NCBI GenBank assembly: GCA_019058315.1
Contig: JAHPZH010000006.1
Location: 96,001-160,000, forward strand
Direction: 5' to 3'
Origin: Candidatus Helarchaeota archaeon
GTDB lineage: Archaea > Asgardarchaeota > Lokiarchaeia > Helarchaeales > RDOG01
DNA length: 64,000 nucleotides
Numbering within the stretch: position 1 is the first letter of the stretch; each line of letters starts with the position of its first letter. The position numbers and the translations under genes were made by a program. The notes beneath the pieces were generated by a model, which saw only the letters and a list, made by a program, of their open reading frames with translations, did no database searches and was not told the origin of the DNA. This document shows positions 56,778 through 64,000 of this stretch, one piece after another.

Positions 56778-59408
56778 ATGGAACAAGGAAAGGATAAATC
56801 ACAAAAATTCATCTTATGGTTTGACGAAACTGGAATTGAAGATGTGCCGCTAGTCGGAGGAAAAAATGCAAGTCTAGGTGAAATGATACAAAAAACTGGA
56901 GTTCCCGTGCCCTATGGTTTTTCACTTACTGCTTATGCATATAGACATTTTATTAAAGCTAATAATTTAGAGAGTTTTTTAAAAGAGACTTTAGAAGGGT
57001 TAAAACCTGGGGATACGAAGAGCTTGGCTGAAAGAGGGGCAAAAATTCGGAGAAAGATTAGGGAAAGCGAACTTCCTAAGGATTTGGAGGATGCATTAAG
57101 AAAAGCTTATAAAGAATTAGGTGAAAAAATTAACGATCCGCAGCCCGATTGTGCCGTTAGGAGTTCTGCAACTGCTGAAGATCTCCCGGATGCAAGTTTT
57201 GCTGGTCAGCAAGAGACTTTTTTACATGTAAAAGGAATTGATAACATTCTAAAGTCAACTTTAAACTGCATAGCCTCCTTGTTTACTGATCGTGCCATTC
57301 ATTATAGAATGGATAAAGGATTTGACCATTTTTCCATAGCCCTTAGTGTTGGAGTTCAAATTATGGCTAGAAGTGATATTGGTGCAGCAGGAGTTATTTT
57401 TTCTATCGATACAGAAAGTGGCTTTGAAAACGTTGTATATATAACCGGCAGCTGGGGTCTTGGCGAATATGTTGTTCAAGGTAAGGTAAACCCTGATCAA
57501 TACTACGTATTTAAACCGACATTAGGAATTATAAGTAAAAAAGCAGGTTATAAAGATATTAAACTGGTATATGACGAATTTGAAGGTGTAGCGGAAAAAG
57601 ATGTCCCTCGAGATAAACAATATCAAATCATTCTTAATGATGATCAAATTAAAGAATTGGCGAAATATTCAATAGAGATTGAAAAACATTATGGTCGCGC
57701 TATGGACATTGAATGGGCTCTCGATGGAGTGACAAATAAATTGTTTATTTTACAAGCTCGACCTGAAACAGTACATTCGATCACATCAAAAAATATTCTA
57801 GAATTCTATAAATCAAATCTTACCGATGAAGAAAAGCAAGCTAGATTGATTATAACAGGAGAACCTGTAGGAAGAAAGATTGGTGCAGGAATTGCTAATG
57901 TAGTTGGAGATATAAGGGAAATTCACACATTTAAAGAAGGAGAAATTTTAGTAACTGAAATGACAGATCCCGATTGGGAACCTATCATGAAAAAATCTGC
58001 TGCGATCATTACAGATCGAGGTGGAAGAACTTGTCATGCTGCTATTGTTTCTAGAGAACTAGGTATTCCATGTATTATAGGAACAGGTAATGCCTCCCAC
58101 ATTTTAAAAGATGGTGATGAAATTACTGTAGATTGTAGTGAGGGTATTGGTAATATATTTCGAGGAATCATTTCTTATGAAATTGAAAAGATTGATATCG
58201 AAAAAGTACCAAAAACTAAAACTCAAATTCTTATGAATGTAGGTATCCCAGAACAAGCATTCGAACAAGGTAAATTACCAGCAGATGGTGTCGGATTAGC
58301 TCGTCTAGAATTTATAATTAATAGCCATATCACAATTCATCCGTTAGCGTTAATTCACTATAATAGCTTAAAAAAATATGTAGAAAAGAAAGAATATGAA
58401 CCAGAACTAGATGAAACTATAGACAAACTTGCCTCTATTGAAGTTGAAGCGGTTAAGGAAGAACTTGATAAAAAGATAAATAGAGTTACTAAAATCAAAA
58501 AAGTTCTTAAGACAATTGATGAATTTACACCAGGTTATGAGAATAAAGCAGATTTCTTTGTGGATAAACTTGCTGAGGGAGTTGCTCGAATTGCAGCCGC
58601 ATTTTTCCCCAGAGAAATCATTGTTCGCCTCTCTGACTTCAAAACAAATGAATATGCTAATCTTATTGGTGGTTTTATATATGAACCCCCTGAAGATAAC
58701 CCGATGATTGGCTGGCGGGGAGCAAGTCGTTATTATGCTGAAGATTTTCTTCCTGCTTTTCGCTTAGAATGTAAGGCTTTAAAGAGAGTTAGAGATGATA
58801 TGGGCTTAACGAATGTAAAAATAATGTTGCCGTTTACCAGAACACCGCAAGAAGGTAAAAAAGTCATTAAAATCATGAATGATGAAGGTCTTGTACAAGG
58901 GCAAAATCAGTTACAAATTTATGTTATGGCTGAAATACCTTCAAATATCATACTTGCAGACGAATTTTCGCAAATATTTGATGGTTTCAGCATTGGAAGT
59001 AACGATTTAACACAATTAACACTAGGTTTAGACCGTGATAGCGAGTTAGTCATGCATATTTTTGATGAACGTGATCCTGCAGTAAAAAAGAGCTTGAAAA
59101 GTTTAATTGAAACTGCACATAGTTTTAATAGGAAAGTTGGAATTTGCGGACAAGCCCCTTCTGATTGGCCATCAATTGCAGCGTTTTTAGTCGAATCCGG
59201 TATAGATAGTCTAAGTTTAAACCCCGATACTGTTGTTAAAACAAGAGCATTAGTTAGAGTTGTAGAATGGGCAAAAGAAAATAACAAAATTTATACAAAT
59301 TTGAGTCTCGATGAAATAAAATCCATCGAAGGAATGACAGAAGGATTAGCAAAAACTGTTAAACAATTAATTGAAATCGAAAAGAAAGTAGATGAATCTA
59401 AAAAATAA
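56778..59408 (+). CDS. ppsA: Phosphoenolpyruvate synthase
   Basis: GGKNASLGEM, AVRSSATAED, SFAGQQET, GGRTCHAAIVSRELG, SDFKTNEY, FSIGSNDLTQ, GICGQAPS. Confidence 0.97.
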   Translation: MEQGKDKSQKFILWFDETGIEDVPLVGGKNASLGEMIQKTGVPVPYGFSLTAYAYRHFIKANNLESFLKETLEGLKPGDTKSLAERGAKIRRKIRESELPKDLEDALRKAYKELGEKINDPQPDCAVRSSATAEDLPDASFAGQQETFLHVKGIDNILKSTLNCIASLFTDRAIHYRMDKGFDHFSIALSVGVQIMARSDIGAAGVIFSIDTESGFENVVYITGSWGLGEYVVQGKVNPDQYYVFKPTLGIISKKAGYKDIKLVYDEFEGVAEKDVPRDKQYQIILNDDQIKELAKYSIEIEKHYGRAMDIEWALDGVTNKLFILQARPETVHSITSKNILEFYKSNLTDEEKQARLIITGEPVGRKIGAGIANVVGDIREIHTFKEGEILVTEMTDPDWEPIMKKSAAIITDRGGRTCHAAIVSRELGIPCIIGTGNASHILKDGDEITVDCSEGIGNIFRGIISYEIEKIDIEKVPKTKTQILMNVGIPEQAFEQGKLPADGVGLARLEFIINSHITIHPLALIHYNSLKKYVEKKEYEPELDETIDKLASIEVEAVKEELDKKINRVTKIKKVLKTIDEFTPGYENKADFFVDKLAEGVARIAAAFFPREIIVRLSDFKTNEYANLIGGFIYEPPEDNPMIGWRGASRYYAEDFLPAFRLECKALKRVRDDMGLTNVKIMLPFTRTPQEGKKVIKIMNDEGLVQGQNQLQIYVMAEIPSNIILADEFSQIFDGFSIGSNDLTQLTLGLDRDSELVMHIFDERDPAVKKSLKSLIETAHSFNRKVGICGQAPSDWPSIAAFLVESGIDSLSLNPDTVVKTRALVRVVEWAKENNKIYTNLSLDEIKSIEGMTEGLAKTVKQLIEIEKKVDESKK

Positions 59409-59485
59409 AAATATTTCTTTTTTTTAATTTCAATATATTAAATAAATTTATTTTTTAACAAATAAACGATTAAAATTTATTTTTT

Positions 59486-59884
59486 TTATTCTGAACCACC
59501 AGATAATTCTAAAATAACATCATGTGTAAGACTACGCCATTTTATTATATGCTCTACAATTTGAAATTCTTTTCTCTCATCAAATGGATCATCTTGTTTA
59601 AGCCGTGTAATCGTGTTAAGCAACCGATTCATCTGTATCAAAATTGGCATGAGATTTTTTGTTATTTCATGGTTTGGAAGACTTGTAAATTGAATAAGTC
59701 TTTCCCTAGAATCAGCTAATGCGAAATATACCTTTCTAACTGGTTCATGTAAATGAATAATATTAAGAGCTTTATCTAATGGAGTAAGAATTTTCATTGC
59801 AAGCCGTAAATATTCGTTTCTTGAACCTTCTGGGTTATGCGAATTTGAATTAACATTGTTGTTTTTTAATTCTTCATTGTCCAT
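59486..59884 (-). CDS. Hypothetical helical protein
   Basis: 132-aa ORF with ATG after GAGG. Confidence 0.6.
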   Translation of the reverse strand: MDNEELKNNNVNSNSHNPEGSRNEYLRLAMKILTPLDKALNIIHLHEPVRKVYFALADSRERLIQFTSLPNHEITKNLMPILIQMNRLLNTITRLKQDDPFDERKEFQIVEHIIKWRSLTHDVILELSGGSE

Positions 59885-60052
59885 TTGATAAATTCCTCTT
59901 TAGAATGATATTATCCCTCTCATATAAATATTAATTAATAGGAATTTGAATCGGAAAACTAAAAAACATTGGATTTTTTTATCTTTATAACTTAATTAAG
60001 AATTCAATAAAATAAATTCTAATTAAAATATTCTTTTATTGAGGCTTGTATA

Positions 60053-60610
60053 ATGCCAAAACGTCCATGGAAAAGTTACAGACCAGTATCTGGAAAACCT
60101 TATATTCCAAAATGGAAAAAAACTGGAAAAGGAAGAAGATATACCATAAAACATATCCCTGAATCTAAAATCAGAATGTTTACTATTGGTAAAGAAGGTG
60201 ATTATGATTATATTCTGACAATGTTCTCCCTTGAAACTGCACAAGTAAATCATCTATCATTAGAAGCTGCCAGAATAGCTTCCAATAGGTATTTAAGAGA
60301 GAAAATCGGTCGGGACAACTATCTAATGAGAATTCTACCCTACCCTCATCATGTTGTCAGGGAACATAAAATGATGGCATTTGCTGGAGCTGATCGCCTT
60401 CAAGACGGAATGCGGCGTGCTTTTGGAAAGCCGTTCGGAAGAGCCGCTAGAATTAAAAAAAATCAGAAATTAATGATAATAAAAGTTCATAAAAATGACC
60501 TAGAAAATGCCAAGCATGCCATGAAAAGAGCTAAAATGAAATTTCCTATGCCTTGTAGAATTAGTATTGAAAAAATTAAACAAAAAAATGAAAAATCTGA
60601 AACCCAATAA
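60053..60610 (+). CDS. rpl10e: 50S ribosomal protein uL16 (L10e)
   Basis: LEAARI..NRYL, YPHHVVREHKM..FAGADRLQDGMRRAFGKP.G. Confidence 0.96.
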   Translation: MPKRPWKSYRPVSGKPYIPKWKKTGKGRRYTIKHIPESKIRMFTIGKEGDYDYILTMFSLETAQVNHLSLEAARIASNRYLREKIGRDNYLMRILPYPHHVVREHKMMAFAGADRLQDGMRRAFGKPFGRAARIKKNQKLMIIKVHKNDLENAKHAMKRAKMKFPMPCRISIEKIKQKNEKSETQ

Positions 60611-60646
60611 AAATTTATAACTATTTTTTATCGATTTAGGTAATAC

Positions 60647-61117
60647 CTAAGGTTTTAATTTCTCGATTTCAATAAGATTTTTTTTAATAGCCTCATTTAA
60701 CAAGCTATCTCTTAATTTGTCTTCGTATTCTTCTTTATATATTATTTTTTTAATACCCGCATTCAAAATTAATTTTAAACAATGTGCACAAGGCGATAAA
60801 TTACAATAAATTACAGCTCCTTCTATACGAGTACCATTCTTCGCTGCTTGGACTATCGCATTAGCTTCTGCATGAGCACCTCGACAAAAACCCGTATTTG
60901 ACTGGAGATTATTCAATGATTCTTTGTGTTTTTCAACATTACATCCGACTTCTTTATCGCAACAATGTGCTAAGCCTCGAGGAGGACCATTATATCCAGT
61001 AGATAATATAGTTTTATCTCTAATAATCACAGCCCCAACTTTATAACGGACACATTTAGACCGTTCAGAAATAACATCGATTATTTTAAAAACCCATTTA
61101 TCAAATTCGGAAGACAA
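60647..61117 (-). CDS. dCMP deaminase family protein
   Basis: RS.C....VGAVI, TGYNG.P, HAEANA, SPC..C. Confidence 0.92.
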   Translation of the reverse strand: MSSEFDKWVFKIIDVISERSKCVRYKVGAVIIRDKTILSTGYNGPPRGLAHCCDKEVGCNVEKHKESLNNLQSNTGFCRGAHAEANAIVQAAKNGTRIEGAVIYCNLSPCAHCLKLILNAGIKKIIYKEEYEDKLRDSLLNEAIKKNLIEIEKLKP

Positions 61118-61307
61118 TTAAGCCGCCTCTAGTTATGGAGTCTTATTTTATTACGTAATTAAAAAATTAATAATTGAAATTAATATCCAATTCTCATTTC
61201 GAATAAAAATTTTATTTCAATGATATGTAATAATTAATTTATTAGAAATTTTTTAAAATAATTTATTTTTATTTATTTAAAATCAACAATTCACTTTAAG
61301 AGTTACA

Positions 61308-61934
61308 ATGTCAAAGAAACAGAAAAAAATAAAATATGACTTTGAATGTCAACGTTGCGGAAAATGTTGTTCACTTTATTGTATTCCATGTACTAATAAC
61401 GATATTCATCGAATTCTGAATTTCTTAAAACTTCCTCCTGAAAGAGCCTCAGATTTTTTTGAATTGGTCGAACCAGATGAGGAAATTCTTGAATCATACG
61501 AAGATGTTCCCAAAATTCTTGTAGAAGATATCGGTTCTGAAAATTTGGTACTTGTAATTAAATCTGATATTGTTGAAGAATATTGTTATTTTTATGATGA
61601 TGAAAAAAAATGCACAATTTACCCTGTTCGACCATTAGTTTGTCGTTTTTTTCCATTTGTTTACGAATATGAGGAAGATTCAGAAGCTGATCTCATTGAT
61701 AATCAACAAGATATCTCATTTTCAGTTTATGAAGATAGTAATTATTGTAAAGGTATAGGTCAAGGAAAAGAGTTTGATATTAATAAATTAAAAGAAGTCA
61801 CAGTTCAGACCATAAAAGAGGATATGGAATTTGAAAAAAAAGTAAAGATCTGGAATGTTAAAGTCATTTTTAATCAAATTAAAAATTGTGAAGAAAGGGA
61901 TTTTCTAAATTATATTTTAAATAAAGGAGATTAA
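61308..61934 (+). CDS. YkgJ-family cysteine cluster protein
   Basis: CQRCGKCC, C.F....KCTIY..RP..CR.FPF, C.GIG. Confidence 0.88.
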   Translation: MSKKQKKIKYDFECQRCGKCCSLYCIPCTNNDIHRILNFLKLPPERASDFFELVEPDEEILESYEDVPKILVEDIGSENLVLVIKSDIVEEYCYFYDDEKKCTIYPVRPLVCRFFPFVYEYEEDSEADLIDNQQDISFSVYEDSNYCKGIGQGKEFDINKLKEVTVQTIKEDMEFEKKVKIWNVKVIFNQIKNCEERDFLNYILNKGD

Positions 61935-62659
61935 CTCCTTTTTCTCTTCATACTCAAATGAATGTATCTTAAAACACCATTTAAAGTGTATGCTTCGCGC
62001 CCCGAAATAAAACTCCTTCCAATTATATTCTTGAATATTCGCTCTGCATTTATTTTTCTTTTTTCATTAAAATGTGCCCAGTTCGAATTTAAATATTCTA
62101 AAATTAAATCAAAAAAAGTAAAAAGGGTTTGTTTCTCTATTAAATTTGCCTTTCTATTCTGAATATTTTGATCTATTTCTTTTAATTTGAATAGTTCATA
62201 AAGTAAAACACAACAAGCATGAGATATATTAAGAGTTGGATAATTTTTTGAAGCTGGAACATGGACACAACAATCACAAATTTCCATTTCTTTATTAGTT
62301 AATCCTGTTCCCTCCCTCCCAAATAGAATTCCAATATTACCATCAAAATTTTTTAAATTATCTCTTAATTGTTCTGGTCCAATACATATTCTTAACACAT
62401 TATAATCACCAGATGGCCTTGCAGTTGTTCCTATTAAATAATCAAATTTAGGAAGTTCGGTTAAATTTGAAATTTGTATTAAATTTTCAAGCAAATCCCT
62501 TCCATGCATAGCACGGGCGTATACAGTATTACTATGTACATCTATTTGAGGATTTATTGCTATTAATTTTTTAAAATCAAAATTCTTCATTAATCGAACT
62601 ATTGCCCCTAAATTTCCCTCATTCTCGGGTTCTACTAAAATAACAGTTACATTTAACAT
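61931..62659 (-). CDS. trmJ: TrmJ/LasT-family SPOUT RNA methyltransferase
   Basis: VILVEP...GNLGA..R.MKNF, FGREG.GL.N.E...CD, YPTLNISHA. Confidence 0.88.
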   Translation of the reverse strand: MLNVTVILVEPENEGNLGAIVRLMKNFDFKKLIAINPQIDVHSNTVYARAMHGRDLLENLIQISNLTELPKFDYLIGTTARPSGDYNVLRICIGPEQLRDNLKNFDGNIGILFGREGTGLTNKEMEICDCCVHVPASKNYPTLNISHACCVLLYELFKLKEIDQNIQNRKANLIEKQTLFTFFDLILEYLNSNWAHFNEKRKINAERIFKNIIGRSFISGREAYTLNGVLRYIHLSMKRKRS

Positions 62660-62964
62660 AAAATCACTTTTTTGATAAATTCACTAGATATGTTTTTTGT
62701 TTAATAATCGGATTAAGATTCAGATAGATATTGTAAAAGTTTTTTTTTAAACAACTGATATAATTAAATAAAGATTAATTTTTATTGGAATTTATATTTT
62801 CTTTTATTTCAATAAAGAATAGTAATGGCATGTTACCTAATTAGTATAAGTATTCTGTCACTATTTAGTCAATTTACGAATATTTTAAAAAAATTAATTA
62901 AGTATCTCACGTTAGAAAAGTACAAAGAATGAACTTATATTTCATCACTTAAAAGGTGTAGATT

Positions 62965-64000
62965 TTGTTTAAAGAAGAAACCTTGAAAAAAGTTGAAGAA
63001 ATGAAAAAAGAATGGTCTGAAAGTTTCAAAAAGTCAAAAGAACGTAATATTAACTTTGTAACTGATTCTGGAATTCCTGTTAAACCAATTTATACTCCCC
63101 TTGATATCAAGGATAATAATTATGCAAAAATCGGATTCCCTGGTCAACCCCCTTTTACGAGAGGTGTATATCCTTCGATGTATCGTGGAAGATTTTGGAC
63201 GATGAGGTTATTTTCTGGTCATGGCACTCCTGAGGAGACAAATGAGCGTTGGAAATATCTTTATAAAGAAGGAGAAACAGGTTTTAGTGCAGCTGTTGAT
63301 GGACTTACTTTTAATGGTCTTGATCCTGACGATCCACGTGCTGATCCTGAAGTGGGAACTACTGGAGTTCCTCTTTATTGTATCGATTCCATGTTTGCTT
63401 TGACGAAAGATCTCCCAATTGATAAAATTAGCGTAGCATTAGTAGTGGAACCTTTCTCTGCAGCACCCGTATGTGCTATGTATTTCAATATGGCGAAAAT
63501 GAAGGGTCTTGATATTACAGCTTTAATGGGAACAACTCAGAACGATATATTAACCATGACTATAGGGTATGTCCCTTATAAGAACGTGTCACCACCTAAT
63601 TTACTTAGGCTTGCTTGTGACTTTATAGAATGGTGTACACCTCAAAAAAATGTTCCTAGATGGCATCCTATAAATTTCACTACATATAATTATCGTGAAG
63701 GAGGAATTGATGCAGTTCAAGAACTTGGTTTTGGTTTCGCAAATGCCATAGCTCATATTGATGAGTTGATTGCTAGAGGTTGGAAAATAGATGACTTTGT
63801 GAACCGTCTTGCTTTCCATTTAGCTGCTCATAAAGATTTTTTCGAAGAAATTGCTAAATATAGAGCAGCCAGAAGAATTTGGTATAAATTAATGGAAAGA
63901 TATGAAGCAAAAAATCCAAAATCTTATCAATTTAGATTTCATATTCAAACTGCGGGAAGTTCTTTAACTGCTCAGCAACCAATGGTCAATATTATAAGAA
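62965..64000 (+). CDS. B12-dependent acyl-CoA mutase, large subunit (3' truncated by window edge)
   Basis: Hand translation from TTG 62965: SGIPVKPIY.P, PG.PPFTRGVY..MYRGRFWTMR, GT.QNDIL, FFEEIAKYRAARRIW, FHIQTAG.SLTAQQP..NIIR. Confidence 0.93.
   Translation, partial: MFKEETLKKVEEMKKEWSESFKKSKERNINFVTDSGIPVKPIYTPLDIKDNNYAKIGFPGQPPFTRGVYPSMYRGRFWTMRLFSGHGTPEETNERWKYLYKEGETGFSAAVDGLTFNGLDPDDPRADPEVGTTGVPLYCIDSMFALTKDLPIDKISVALVVEPFSAAPVCAMYFNMAKMKGLDITALMGTTQNDILTMTIGYVPYKNVSPPNLLRLACDFIEWCTPQKNVPRWHPINFTTYNYREGGIDAVQELGFGFANAIAHIDELIARGWKIDDFVNRLAFHLAAHKDFFEEIAKYRAARRIWYKLMERYEAKNPKSYQFRFHIQTAGSSLTAQQPMVNIIR

Noticed and set aside
1-64000. CRISPR array, provirus, 16S/23S rRNA
   Set aside because: No regularly spaced repeats, viral hallmark genes or long rRNA-like tract were seen.

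Overview
Very AT-rich archaeal chromosome segment. It is most likely from an Asgard archaeon (Loki/Hel-like), judged by an Asgard-type profilin, two gelsolin-domain proteins and a longin-small GTPase fusion. Most of the window is housekeeping: shikimate pathway (aroC/A/K/E/D, aroB', asd), scattered ribosomal protein genes, DNA ligase, larBC-nikR, pheS-hel308-pheT, a cobamide salvage cluster, dnaG and ppsA. It also has a TnpB-only IS200/IS605 element with a nonsense mutation and the start of an atypical acyl-CoA mutase. The standout region is the ORF-free stretch 28466-29793 on the minus strand. It contains a circularly permuted 5S rRNA gene: the 3' half comes first, a TTCG loop caps helix I, and the whole sits in the intron position of a bulge-helix-bulge (BHB) motif, so splicing should release a 124-nt circular 5S rRNA. 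Six tRNA genes follow, with 14 inferred BHB introns, including two four-intron tRNAs (Trp, Met) and a tandem intron pair in tRNA-Thr that apparently must be spliced in order. All RNA structures and protein assignments were made by hand, without database searches.
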